DNA of 64,000 nt, taken from the NCBI RefSeq assembly GCF_964204645.1, contig NC_134033.1:12098655-12162654 (forward strand), in the 5' to 3' direction. The notes under the pieces are model-generated. The model was not told the origin of the DNA and searched no databases. It saw only the letters and a list, made by a program, of their open reading frames with translations. Each line of letters begins with the position of its first letter. Positions within the stretch are counted from its first letter, which is position 1. This DNA is from Tubulanus polymorphus (Eukaryota > Animalia > Nemertea). A program made the position numbers and the translations under genes. Shown here one piece after another: positions 20,350 to 33,197 of the stretch.

Positions 20350-20685
20350 CGACAAAACCACGGGGATAAATCCAAAATTATGAATTGTCGCGGGTGACAA
20401 AACCAAAATATTGAATTGTCACGGGCGACAAAACAAAAATAATGAATTGTCGCGGGCGATAAAACCAAAATAATGAATTGTCGCGGGCGATAAAACCAAA
20501 ATAATGAATTGTCGCGGGCGATAAAACCACAATAATGAATTGTCGCGGGTGTTAAAACCAAAATATTGAATTGTCGCGGCGATAAAACCAATATAATGAA
20601 TTGTCGCGGACGACAGAAACAAAATATTGAATTGTTGCGTGCGACAAAACCAGAATAATGAATTGTCGCGGGAGACAAAACCAAA
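20350..20685. repeat. 31-bp satellite, left segment (about 10 units)
   Basis: Unit GAATTGTCGCGGGCGA(T/C)AAAACCAAAATAAT. Confidence 0.95.
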
Positions 20686-21787
20686 CTAGGGGTCCAGGGA
20701 CACCATGCTCACTTGGGAAGTGGTTTCAAATGCTCAACAATCTAACAATTTCAATACATAACGCCCTCTAGTGACCATATACAAAAACCAATGACCTTGA
20801 AACCCACCACAATCATAGAACATGTGAGCAGCTATGATTTTGTAATTGATTGTGATAACAAAATACCAATATGCCTCGTTACCAATTTAATATGGAAATA
20901 CTAAGTTATTCTACTATTCAACGCCCCTGGTGACCATATGCAAAACCCAATGACCTTAAAACTCACCATAATCAGTTAGTTGTCGAATAAACACTATAAT
21001 CCGTGTAAACTGTAGATAAATGAAGAAATCCCACACTTCGAATTTGAAATTATACTATCAAATTAAACTATCGTTTCGGCTGTTGACTAACAGCCATCAT
21101 CAGGTGGAATGATGATGATGATGATGATGGCTGTTAGTCAACAGCCGAAACGTTGTGGTTTCGTAATAATAAATTTGATAGTATAATTTCAAATTCGAAG
21201 TGTGGGATTTCTTCATTTATCTCACCACAATCGTAGTACATGTCATGAAATACAACTTTGCAATTGATCATAGTAACAAAATATGCCTAGGTACCAATCT
21301 AATAAGGAAATACTAAGCCATTCTACTATTCAACGCCCCCTGGTGACTATATGGAATAACTAATGTCCTTAAAAACTCACCACAATCATAGACGATGTCA
21401 TGATCTACAACTTTGCAATGGATCATGGTAACAAACTATGCCTAGGTACCAATCTAATAAGGAAAAACTAAGCTTTTCTACTATTCAACGCCCCCTGGTG
21501 ACTATATGGAATAACTAATGTCATTAAAAACTCACCACAATCATAGACGATGTCATGAACTACAACTTTGCAATTGATCATGGTAACAAAATATGCCTCG
21601 GTACAAATATAATATAGCAATACTAAGTTATTGTATTATTCAACGCCCCCTGATGGCCACATACTAAAACCAATGACCTTGAAGCGTCTTCAAAACTTCC
21701 CAAAAAAACTGGATTCCGTCTATGGACGGACGGACGGACGAAAAGTGAACACAATAGCCCGCTGGGACTAAAGTCCCAAGTGGACTG
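20686..21787 (-). mobile_element. Non-autonomous Helentron (HINE/DINE-1-like), copy 1, inserted in the satellite
   Basis: Subterminal IRs (CACTTGG/CCAAGTG), terminal hairpins (GGGACTAAAGTCCC; GGGTCCAGGGACACC), (GGAC)n microsatellite, central 154-155-bp tandem repeats, insertion in an A/T run; homologous to 46965-48224. Confidence 0.75.
21014..21222. mobile_element. Palindromic Penelope-like remnant with hammerhead cores, nested in HINE copy 1
   Basis: Inverted arms with core CTGATGA-T-GGCTGTT-agtc-AACAGCC-GAAACG; insert (about 20974-21220) flanked by a duplicated CTCACCAYAATC. Confidence 0.65.
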
Positions 21788-21789
21788 AA

Positions 21790-24700
21790 AAAGAATTGTC
21801 GCGGGCGACAAAACCAAACTAATGAATTGTCGTGGGTGATAAAACCAAAATATTGAATTGTCGCGGGCGACAAAACCAAACTAATGAATTGTCGCGGGCG
21901 ATAAAACCAAAATAATGAATTGTCTCGAGCGACAAAACCAAAATAATGAATTGTCGCGGACGATAAAACCAAAATAATGAATTGCCTCGAGCGACATAAC
22001 CGAAATAATGAATTGTCGCGGACGATAAAAACAAAATATTGAATTGTCGCGGGCGATAAAACCAAAATAATGAATTATCGCGGGCGATAAAACTAAAATA
22101 TTGAATTGTCGCGGGCGATAAAACCAAAATAATGAATTGTTGCGGGCGACAAAACCAAAATATTGAATTGTTGCGGGCGACAAAACCAAAAAAAAAATTG
22201 TCGCGGGCAACAAAAACAAAGTATAAAACCAAAATAATGAATTGTCGCGGGCGTCAAAACCAAAAACAAGAATTGTCGCGGGCGACAAAACCAAAATAAT
22301 GAATTGTCGCTGGAGATAATACCAAAGCAATGAATTGTCGAGGGCGATAAAACCAAAATATTGAATTGTCGCGGGCGACAAAACCAAACTAATGAATTGT
22401 CGCGGGCGACAAAACCAAAAAAAGAATTGTCGGGGCGACAAAACCAAAATAATGAATTGTCGCGGGCGACAAAACCAAAATGGTGAATTGTCCAGGCGAC
22501 AAAACCAAAATGGTGAATTGTCGCGGGCGACAAAAGCAAAATAATGAATTGTCGCGGGCGACAAAAGCAAAATAATGAATTGTCGCAGGCGATAAAACCA
22601 AAATAATGAATTGTCTCGGGTGACAAAACCAAAATAATGAATTGTCGCGAGCGATAAAACCAAAATAATGAATTATCGCGGGCGCTAAAACCAAAATATT
22701 GAATTGTCGCGGGCGATAAAACCAAAATAATGAATTGTCGCGGGCGACAAAACCAAAATAATGAATTGTCGCGGGCGATAAAACCAAAATAATGAATTGT
22801 CGCGGGCGACAAAACCAAAATAATGAATTGTCGCTGGCGATAAAACCAAAATAATGAATTGTCGTGGGCGATAAAACCAAAATAATGAATTGTCGCTGGC
22901 GATAAAACCAAAATAATGAATTGTCGTGGGCGATAAAACCAAAATAATGAATTGTCGCGGGCGACAAAACCAAAATAATGAATTGTCGCGGGCGATAAAA
23001 CCGTAATAATGAATTGTCGCGGGCGATAAAACCAAAATAATGAATTTTCTCAGGCGACAAAACCAAAATAATGAATTGTCGCGGGCGATAAAACCAAAAT
23101 AATGAATTGTCTCGAGCGACAAAACCAAAATAATGAATTGTCTCGAGCGACAAAACCAAAATAATGAATTGTCGCGGGCGATAAAACCAAAATAATGAAT
23201 TGTCGCGGGCGACAAAACCAAAATAATGAATTGTCGCAGGCGATAAAACCAAACTAATGAATTGTCGCGGGCGATAAAACTAAAATAATGAATTGTCTCG
23301 AGCGACAAAACCAAAATAATGAATTGTCGCGGACGATAAAACCAAAATAATGAATTGTCTCGAGCGACATAACCGAAATAATGAATTGTGGCGGACGATA
23401 AAAACAAAATATTGAATTGTCGCGGGCGATAAAACCAAAATAATGAATTATCGCAGGCGATAAAACTAAAATATTGAATTGTCGCGGGCGATAAAACCAA
23501 AATAATGAATTGTCGCGGGCGACAAAACCAAAATATTGAATTGTTGCGGGCGACAAAACCAAAAAGAAAATTGTCGCGGGCGACAAAAACAAAGTATAAA
23601 ACCAAAATAATGAATTGTCGCGGGCGTCAAAACCAAAAACAAGAATTGTCGCGGGCGACAAAACCAAAATAATGAATTGTCGCTGGAGATAAAACCAAAG
23701 CAATGAATTGTCGAGGGCGATAAAACCAAAATATTGAATTGTCGCGGGCGACAAAACCAAACTAATGAATTGTCGCGGGCGACAAAACCAAAATGGTGAA
23801 TTGTCCAGGCGACAAAACCAAAATGGTGTATTGTCGCGGGCGACAAAAGCAAAATAATGAATTGTCGCGGGCGATAAAACCAAAATAATGAATTTTCGCG
23901 GGCGATAAAACCAAAAAAAGAATTGTCGGGGCGACAAAACCAAAATAATGAATTGTCGCGGGCGACAAAACCAAAATGGTGAATTGTCCAGGCGACAAAA
24001 CCAAAATGGTGAATTGTCGCGGGCGACAAAAGCAAAATAATGAATTGTCGCGGGCGACAAAAGCAAAATAATGAATTGTCGCAGGCGATAAAACCAAAAT
24101 AATGAATTGTCTCGGGTGACAAAACCAAAATAATGAATTGTCGCGAGCGATAAAACCAAAATAATGAATTATCGCGGGCGCTAAAACCAAAATATTGAAT
24201 TGTCGCGGGCGATAAAACCAAAATAATGAATTGTCGCGGGCGACAAAACCAAAATAATGAATTGTCGCGGGCGATAAAACCAAAATAATGAATTGTCGCG
24301 GGCGACAAAACCAAAATAATGAATTGTCGCTGGCGATAAAACCAAAATAATGAATTGTCGTGGGCGATAAAACCAAAATAATGAATTGTCGCTGGCGATA
24401 AAACCAAAATAATGAATTGTCGTGGGCGATAAAACCAAAATAATGAATTGTCGCGGGCGACAAAACCAAAATAATGAATTGTCGCGGGCGATAAAACCGT
24501 AATAATGAATTGTCGCGGGCGATAAAACCAAAATAATGAATTTTCTCAGGCGACAAAACCAAAATAATGAATTGTCGCGGGCGATAAAACCAAAATAATG
24601 AATTGTCTCGAGCGACAAAACCAAAATAATGAATTGTCTCGAGCGACAAAACCAAAATAATGAATTGTCGCGGGCGATAAAACCAAAATAATGAATTGTC

Positions 24701-26165
24701 GCGGGCGACAAAACCAAAATAATGAATTGTCGCAGGCGATAAAACCAAACTAATGAATTGTCGCGGGCGATAAAACTAAAATAATGAATTGTCTCGAGCG
24801 AAAAAACCAAAATAATGAATTGTCGCGGACGATAAAACCAAAATAATGAATTGTCTCGAGCGACATAACCGAAATAATGAATTGTGGCGGACGATAAAAA
24901 CAAAATATTGAATTGTCGCGGGCGATAAAACCAAAATAATGAATTATCGCAGGCGATAAAACTAAAATATTGAATTGTCGCGGGCGATAAAACCAAAATA
25001 ATGAATTGTCGCGGGCGACAAAACCAAAATATTGAATTGTTGCGGGCGACAAAACCAAAAAGAAAATTGTCGCGGGCGACAAAAACAAAGTATAAAACCA
25101 AAATAATGAATTGTCGCGGGCGTCAAAACCAAAAACAAGAATTGTCGCGGGCGACAAAACCAAAATAATGAATTGTCGCTGGAGATAAAACCAAAGCAAT
25201 GAATTGTCGAGGGCGATAAAACCAAAATATTGAATTGTCGCGGGCGACAAAACCAAACTAATGAATTGTCGCGGGCGACAAAACCAAAATGGTGAATTGT
25301 CCAGGCGACAAAACCAAAATGGTGTATTGTCGCGGGCGACAAAAGCAAAATAATGAATTGTCGCGGGCGATAAAACCAAAATAATGAATTTTCGCGGGCG
25401 ATAAAACTAAAATAATGAATTGTCTCGGGCGACAAAACCAAAATAATGAATTGTCGCGAGCGATAAAACCAAAATAATGAATTATCGCGGGCGATAAAAC
25501 CAAAATATTGAATTGTCGCGGGCGATAAAACCAAAATAATGAATTGTCGCGGGCGACAAAACCAAAATATTGAATTGTCGCGGGCGACAAAACCAAACTA
25601 ATGAATTGTCGCGGGCGACAAAACCAAACTAATGAATTGTCGGGCCGACAAAACCAAAATAATGAATTATCGCTGGCGATAAAACCAAAATAATGAATTG
25701 TCGCGGGCGATAAAACCAAAATAATGAATTGTCGCGGGCGACAAAACCAAAATGGTGAATTGGTGCGGGCGACAAAACCAAAATAATGAATTGTCGCGGG
25801 CGATAAAACCGTAATAATGAATTGTTGCGGGCGATAAAACCAAAATAATGAATTTTCTCAGGCGACAAAACCAAAATAATGAATTATCGCGGGCGATAAA
25901 ACCAAAATATTGAATTGTCGCAGGCGATAAAACCAAAATATTGAATTGTCGCGGGCGACAAAACCAAAAAGGAAAATTGTCGCGGGCGACAAAAACAAAA
26001 TATAAAACCAAAATAATGAATTGTCGCGGGCGACAAAACCAAAAAGAAGAATTGTCGCGGGCGACAAAACCAAAATAATGCATTGTCGCTGGCGATAAAA
26101 CCAAAGTAATGAATTGTCGTGGGCGATAAAACCAAAATAATGAATTGTCGCGGGCGACAAAATCA
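21790..26165. repeat. 31-bp satellite array (about 140 units) with about 1.4-1.5-kb higher-order repeats
   Basis: Same unit as 20350-20685. Diagnostic variants recur at 21995/23368/24864 and at 23001/24497. Confidence 0.97.
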
Positions 26166-27192
26166 AAATCATTGTTTTCTCGCGTTATTTTAGTTTTGTC
26201 GTTTTGTCGTAATGTCGCCCTCATTTGCATATTCGTGTTTTGTTATCTTATCAGCCACCATACTAAAGCTTTAAAGTCGCGTAAAACTCGATAAACACTT
26301 CATGCGACCCAGCGAACGATCTCCTTTCCCCCACAGCGAACGCTTACTCCGAATGTCAAGTGTGAGTCCAGCATACGGATACGAGTGTGTTTTATACTTG
26401 TATTTAGTAAATACCTTGTGGATTTGACAATGATCGGTATGTACTGTAGGAAATATAGAATATTGATGGTATTGATATGGAGGCCCGCGGCCGAATAAAG
26501 TAATATATTCTTTTATTTTGATACCTCGTCGACATAACAGCTTTTCTCCGCTATAATCTCTTCGGCCTACGACTCCCCGGTACACTTATGATTTATCTTA
26601 GTAAAAACACGGTAAATTTGGTAAAGAAAAATAGGTATTGCTAAATTAACTGCTTGACGCCCGCAGCCAAATCACTGGTAGTAATAAATTAATTTGTACT
26701 CGATTTGATTCTCAGAATGAGGAGAAACTCGCAGCTGATTCCCGGAACGACGATGTAGTGACACACGTCGATTTGTCGATGTTTACGGCTCGACAGTGCT
26801 TTTAAACTCCAAAGTAGTAAATTTCCTGTGTATTGGTATTATAATTTGATGAGGAAAATGTGTTATTGTTAAAATTAGTTTTTAAAAACCGCGACAGAAT
26901 GTGCAATCTTTGGGTAATAAATTTGTTAATTTATGCTTGAATCGATAATCGATGTGACAAGAAACGTGCGGTAGATTTCGGAAAGACGACTTAGAAAAAC
27001 ATGTCGGCTCTTTGAATGGGGCTCAATTTTCGATGTTTACGGCCCGACAGTGCTTTTGTAACGTTGATTCTTCAAAATTCGCACGGAGTATTTGTAGATC
27101 GAACTGAGCTGAATGATATCAGACGGATTGTATCGGCAACAGCGGTAATGTAAAAAAGCCTATGTACTTTTGACAAAAAATGTGTGGAAAAA

Positions 27193-27193
<1 letters not shown>

Positions 27194-27232
<39 letters not shown>
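27194..27232. repeat. (AAT)n microsatellite
   Basis: Seen directly. Confidence 0.9.
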
Positions 27233-27233
<1 letters not shown>

Positions 27234-27427
27234 GAAACACGCGAATCTCAATAGGGTTTTCTGTGATGTAACAGAAAACCCTAATAATCTTATAAGGTCT
27301 TCGATGATTATTCATCGTCGATAATATGGAGATATTGCGTGTTATTTTGCTTCAAATTAGTTTTCTCGTTTGCACGTCGTATATTTCAGCAGGTTGTTCG
27401 AAACACCCCGATCACCGACACAGAAGG

Positions 27428-28474
27428 ATGATGCGCTGGGTAACATATCCTCTGAGGAAGCGGCTTTCGTACGTACTGTTGGGAATGATATTATTCGTAA
27501 TTGTCGGTGGCATCTTTCTACACGCGCCAATCACTAAACAATTACGCACACGGGCGAAACCTACGTCAGCGAAAAAGGTCGAAATCGTCTGCGTTACGTT
27601 GAAAAGCATCGTCGTTAATACCAGTATGACGGTAATCACGCGGGAAAGACTTGGCAATAATATGTTTCAGTACGCCGCTCTTGTTGGGGTCGCGTTAGCT
27701 AGAGGTCATGTGCCTATCAACCTAAACGAAGGAAACGATTTGAGGAAGATATTCAACATAAGTGCTGCGAAATACCCGGATAGCGAGCTCGGTGTGCGAG
27801 TTACAAACAATTCTAATCGCTACAACGAGAATTGTTGCCTTTTCGACCCGAAGTTGATGAAAACTGTCAAGATCGCAGGGAATTTTGTGCTGAGTGGATT
27901 TTTTCAGAATTGGCGTTATTTCCATCCACACGCGTCCAATCAGCTGCGGCGAGAATTCACGTTCAGAAAGCCGGTCGCAGACGCCGCCGAATCCTTCCTG
28001 GCGAATGCAACGACGAAATTAAGACAAAAACTCGCAACTACTAAAAACAATACGAAAGTGACGTATGTGGGCGTTCATGTACGTCGTGGGGACATTACGA
28101 GCGTCGGCTATAAAAAATTAGGTATGCGGCAACCGACGATGGATTATTTCAAAAAAGCGATGGCAATTATGGAAAGTTTATACGATAACGTGTTTTACGT
28201 GATCTGCAGTGACGATTTGAAATGGTGCCGCAAGAATTTCGGCTCGATGCCGAACAAGGCGTTTTGTCCCGGCACGGATCGTCTGGTCGATCTGGCGATC
28301 TTATCGAAATCAAACCACTCGATTTTAACGATCGGATCGTTTGGATTCTGGGCCGCATTTTTAGCGAACGGTACAACGACTTATTTCGGCAGCGCCAGAG
28401 CACTCGGTACAGATGCCGATCGAATGTTCAGCTACGATCAATACTTTATGCCGGAATGGATCAAAATCCCGTAA
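27428..28474 (+). CDS. Alpha-1,2-fucosyltransferase (GT11), copy 3
   Basis: ERLGNNMFQYA, HVRRGD; TM anchor; probable start MMRWV after the acceptor ATATTTCAG. Confidence 0.92.
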   Translation: MMRWVTYPLRKRLSYVLLGMILFVIVGGIFLHAPITKQLRTRAKPTSAKKVEIVCVTLKSIVVNTSMTVITRERLGNNMFQYAALVGVALARGHVPINLNEGNDLRKIFNISAAKYPDSELGVRVTNNSNRYNENCCLFDPKLMKTVKIAGNFVLSGFFQNWRYFHPHASNQLRREFTFRKPVADAAESFLANATTKLRQKLATTKNNTKVTYVGVHVRRGDITSVGYKKLGMRQPTMDYFKKAMAIMESLYDNVFYVICSDDLKWCRKNFGSMPNKAFCPGTDRLVDLAILSKSNHSILTIGSFGFWAAFLANGTTTYFGSARALGTDADRMFSYDQYFMPEWIKIP

Positions 28475-28965
28475 AACGGTCTAGAATCCCGAATCAGTTA
28501 CTCAATCAAACGTATCGATGCCTAAGTAACCCCAAGGCAATAATTTTCGGACGCATTTTCTGCGAGCTAAATCTGTTTTTCGTTCTGCGTCAATGAATTT
28601 GTATCGCCGTGGGAATCAGGGTAATTGCAGCCATAAATCTATTTAGAAAAAAACCACAAAACATACAAATGCATGTATATATTAACGATCTAAACATACA
28701 ACTCACCATTATCTAAAATAGACATTATGATGTCCATACTGTCCCATTGGATTCGTAATTATCAATGTTCATCCTGTTACGCGCAGTAAACCTCGCTTTA
28801 CTCTGGCATGGCTGCTACTTTAGACTGACAAAAACAAAATATCTTTTTTTGTACTATGAAACGTAGTTTTCGATTGTTAACTCGCACTTTCGCTTTTGAT
28901 ACTGGGACCGGTTTTGCCAGTCTTGTTTTTTAGAGTAAGTCGAGGTTTACTAAGTGTTTACCCAC

Positions 28966-29330
28966 GGGGCCGTCCATAACAGACATCCACGCTGTAGGGG
29001 GAGGGGGTTTAGATTTTTTTTTACTTTTGTGGACAAGGGGGGAGGGGTTCCTCTGATATGGATGTCTATCTTGAAAGGGACACCGTTCACTAGTTAGGGA
29101 AATCTTTAATGGATCAAAGTCTAGGTAAAATCACCTGTGACTAGTTACCAGAACTTTACAAGTTATGATAATAATACAAGGTTATGGGAATAAATGTGTG
29201 AAACTTAAGGTCCGCTGTCCGTCGGGCAAGGGGGGTGGGTGGTCAAGCTGATATGGATTTTATGTTGACATAAGGGGAGGGGGGTAAGATTTCCACACTT
29301 TTGTGTGGACGTCTTTTATGGACAGCCCCC
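28966..29330. mobile_element. MITE with about 25-bp TIRs
   Basis: GGGGCCGTCCATAACAGACATCCAC ... GTGGACGTCTTTTATGGACAGCCCC; it interrupts 3' flank sequence that is continuous downstream of copy 1. Confidence 0.7.
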
Positions 29331-29432
29331 CAGTGGGTTCATCTAGTAGATATCCGTCCCGGGTGGGTTCATTGTAATCTAGGTTCATTCCGCCAACCCG
29401 CTATGCAGATTTAACAAAATTCAACGTACGTA

Positions 29433-29592
29433 CAGTGGAACCTCGTTAATACGAATCTTGTGGGCCAAAGTGATATTGTCGTTTTAAACGGGTTTCGTAT
29501 TATCCAAAGCTTGATCGATATAAATATCTCAGCTGGGACACGCTGAAAATCATCGTAATAAACAGAAGCGTATTCATAACGAGGTTCAACTG
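29433..29592. mobile_element. Tc1/mariner-type MITE
   Basis: TA|CAGTGGAACCTCGTTA ... TAACGAGGTTCAACTG|TA. Confidence 0.75.
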
Positions 29593-31882
29593 TATAAAGA
29601 TAGTAAATCATCGAGATAGAAATGAAACGATGCACGGTGCTCATACCAGTGTCCATAGCCAGATCTGAACCTTTCACAATGTCAGCTCCTCAATGCTTTA
29701 TCGTGTTTAACTTTCACATACAAATTTACATATAGGTCTATTTTGTTATATTGTCTATTGGCCTCACGTCCGAGTAGTTCTAGTTAGTCGCTGTCCAAGA
29801 TCATCCTCCCTCGGCATGTGAGTACATGCGCGGGCTTAAGGCTAGTGTGACAGGGTTTCGCATACCTTGGCGAAAATCGGTGCCATCAGGTTCGAATCCC
29901 TGTCGGTGAGGATGAGAAAGATATTTCAATAAAATGGGGTTGCAAAATCAACACTACACAATTTCCTATCCTTTTACGAAGCCATCTATAATGATTTTGA
30001 CCATTTATATTTCAGAGTTTGGAAATAGTTAATTTTGTAAATAGCAAGTGGTTTTGTCGGCATAAGCTGTGTACACAAAACTCGAGTAAAAAGAATCAAG
30101 ACCGAGCTGTTTAAGGTTCTATATGGACTTGCATCTGTATATGTTTCAAATTTCTGCTGGTAACGCTCAGATCTTCGTAGCAATATTTGTGCACCAATGG
30201 CAAGTTAACTATATTAACAAATACGGTTTTAACTATCATTTTGTCAACTATTCGCATTTTGAGCTCAAGGGGTAGTTGCTGTCTGACGTGTATTAGCTTT
30301 AAGAAAACCGATCTACTACCATCTTATTTCCATAGAGTCAACCTCAAACAACTGTAGACTCGTCTCCAGATGAGACCACTCTTGTGCTAAGTCACAGCCG
30401 TGCAACTGGTTCTGGGTCACAAGTGTGTCCGTGTGTATTGAGCTGTTGTCATGCCAACACATCCAGATTGAGAGTATAGTCTGCATCATAAACGTGTTCC
30501 TTTTTGTTTGGCTTGTCTTCATCACCGACGCTCGTGCCGTCAGGCCTTTTGTCGTCTATTCCATCGCCGCAATATTTCTATTTTGAGCGCCGGAGACCGG
30601 TTCATCGGGTTGTTCAGCCCTGTTCTCCTCCCGGTAGCAGATAGATGATACGTGTTACTTGAACTTGACTTGAACTTGAACAAGGCCTTCGATTGATCAA
30701 TTAAACGAAGACGGCACACATGCTGCGCGCGCACACGCTGTCATTATCCGATGGAATTGTCATCATGTTCAACACAATAATCAGGATGGAATGAATTGTG
30801 CGAGCGTTTAAATCGAATATTTATTCGCCTGTGATATCGAATATACAAAGGTTATTTATATACCGCTAAGCTCTCCTTCTGATTGGACAGTTACGATTCC
30901 GATCGATATTTCCGTATTCAATTTTTCATTACGTGACGCGTCGAATGATGAGGATGCAGTTACTATGGTTGATGGGACTTGTTATGATCCAAGCACGTAT
31001 ACACGGATAGCCGCAACTGTCCAGGTTAACACTCAATGGACGCGATCGCGATTCATCAAATATGCGTTTAGTTGGTATGAAATTTCAAAGACGAAGAGGA
31101 TAACTAATATTTGATCCGCTAAGTGTCTCGGATGCCCACAATGTCGAGGCTGTTGTGTTACGGTAGGCATATTCGAATCGTTGTCACTTAAGCCACCACT
31201 TATGCATGCATATATATACATTACTTGGGTCATGGTTGCTCAATATATGTTTAAAGTTAACCAGTGGATATGTGAAATAGTGACAATTAGAACTCAATCG
31301 TTGCTATGGCATACACCAGGGGCTGTAGTTAGTTAGGAGTTCACCAGTGGATAGGTAACATAGTGACAATTGAAAGCTCATTGCAACTATCGATCATCAG
31401 AAAACGTTTTCTAATAATTTGGTAATACGTATCAATGATGGATATTACTTGGTTCCATAATAAGAACGATTATTCAGTTTTTTTACATGAATTTCATTCA
31501 GTGGGCTGTGGAGAATATAGATAATAAGTTCAAAACCCACTGTACAAATTTAAAAGATTTGAAATGAAATTCGTTACTGAAGAATTAGAACCAGCTGACA
31601 CCTGGGACTTTTAAAAGACCATCACACCCTGTATACTGGTCATTCACAAACCTGTTCTCTTCTCACTGTACAATGTGTCGCGTGATTTAATCAATTTATT
31701 CACACTTTGACGATGGTCTTTAAGAGAGATTCCGACACAACGTATCATTTTTCTAAATTCTCGAGAAAAAATCGATCGTTTTTAAATGTTTTAGATTTAT
31801 TTATCGAACTTACAACCGTTTAAGTAAACATTTCAAACAAGAATTCAATGAGATATCGTTCATTTTGATTTGATGGCATCTA

Positions 31883-32057
31883 CAGTCAACCCCCGATAAA
31901 CCGCCCTCCCATATACCGCCACCCCCGCCTACCGCCAGGTTTTCTCAAATCACATCTCTATACAAATACATAGTTTAAACACCCCCGATATACCACCATA
32001 CTCTCTATACCGCCAAAATCGTTCTGCACCGATGTGGGCGGTATCAGGGGTTGACTG
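31883..32057. mobile_element. Tc1/mariner-type MITE
   Basis: TA|CAGTCAACCCC...GGGGTTGACTG|TA with internal ACCGCC repeats. Confidence 0.75.
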
Positions 32058-32162
32058 TATAACTATTTCTCAGAACTGTAATCTAATCGATTTTTTTTTA
32101 TTTCATGAATTTCAGCTGGTTGTTTTCGATATCGCTCGAATAACGTTTTCAACACGAATTTG

Positions 32163-33197
32163 ATGAAGTATTCTGTTCGGACGATTTCGTTCGTGTTGTT
32201 CGGGATATTGTTGTTCGTGATTCCTGGCATCTACCAATTGATTCAGACGACTTCGATAGCCACCAGGAATCACCAACTGCAGGAGGTGAAAACTATTACA
32301 CGACTAACTCCGACGACGAAGGTTATGCCGAAAGGGGTCGCTACTAGTATGACGGTTATTACGCAGGCGCGATTGGGCAATAATATGTTTCAGTACGCCG
32401 CTCTTGTTGGGGTCGCGTTAGCTAGAGGTCACGTGCCTATCTACCTAAACGAGGGAAACGATTTGAGGAAAATATTCAACATAAGTGCTGCGAAATATCC
32501 GGATAGCGAGCTCGGTGTGCGAGTTACAAAAAATTCTAATCGCTACAACGAAAATTGTTGCCTTTTCGACCCGAAGTTAATGAAAACTGTCAAGATCGAA
32601 GGGAATTTTGTGCTGAGCGGATTTTTTCAGAATTGGCGTTATTTCCACCCGCACGCGTCCGATCAGCTGCGGCGAGAGTTCACGTTCAGAAAACCGGTCG
32701 CAGACGCCGCCGAATCCTTCCTGGCGATTGCAACGACGAAATTTAGACAAAAACTTGCGACTACTAAAAACAATACGAAAGTGACGTATGTGGGCGTTCA
32801 TGTACGTCGTGGGGACATTACGAACAACCACTATAGAAAATTAGGTATGAGGCAACCGACGATGGATTATTTCAAAAAAGCGATGGCAATTATGGAAAGT
32901 TTATACCATAACTTGTTTTACGTGATCTGCAGTGACGATTTGAAATGGTGCCGCAAGAATTTCGGCTCGATGCCGAACACGGCGTTTTGTCCCGGCACGG
33001 ATCGTCTGGTCGATCTGGCAATTTTATCGAAATCAAACCACTCAATTTTAACGATCGGATCGTTTGGATTCTGGGGCGCGTTTTTAGCGAACGGTACAAC
33101 GACTTATTTCGGCAGCGCCAGAGCGTTCAACACTGAAGTAGAACGTGTGTTTAGTTACGATCAATACTTTATGCCGGAATGGATCAAAATCCCGTAG
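32163..33197 (+). CDS. Alpha-1,2-fucosyltransferase (GT11), copy 4
   Basis: Same GT11 motifs; distinct N-terminus and a distinct C-terminal patch (AFNTEVERVF). Confidence 0.93.
   Translation: MKYSVRTISFVLFGILLFVIPGIYQLIQTTSIATRNHQLQEVKTITRLTPTTKVMPKGVATSMTVITQARLGNNMFQYAALVGVALARGHVPIYLNEGNDLRKIFNISAAKYPDSELGVRVTKNSNRYNENCCLFDPKLMKTVKIEGNFVLSGFFQNWRYFHPHASDQLRREFTFRKPVADAAESFLAIATTKFRQKLATTKNNTKVTYVGVHVRRGDITNNHYRKLGMRQPTMDYFKKAMAIMESLYHNLFYVICSDDLKWCRKNFGSMPNTAFCPGTDRLVDLAILSKSNHSILTIGSFGFWGAFLANGTTTYFGSARAFNTEVERVFSYDQYFMPEWIKIP

Noticed and set aside
21790-26165. CRISPR-like array (about 31-bp palindromic repeats)
   Set aside because: Repeats are head-to-tail with no unique spacers, there are no cas genes, and the context is eukaryotic.
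20316-26230. Many long overlapping minus-strand ORFs (VLSPATIHYFGF repeats)
   Set aside because: Artefact of a 31-bp satellite lacking stops on one strand; all three frames give the same rotating peptide.
12157-33197. Bacterial origin or contamination of the intronless GT11 genes
   Set aside because: They have type II TM anchors and upstream splice acceptors and sit among eukaryotic repeats; animal FUT1/2 genes also have single coding exons.
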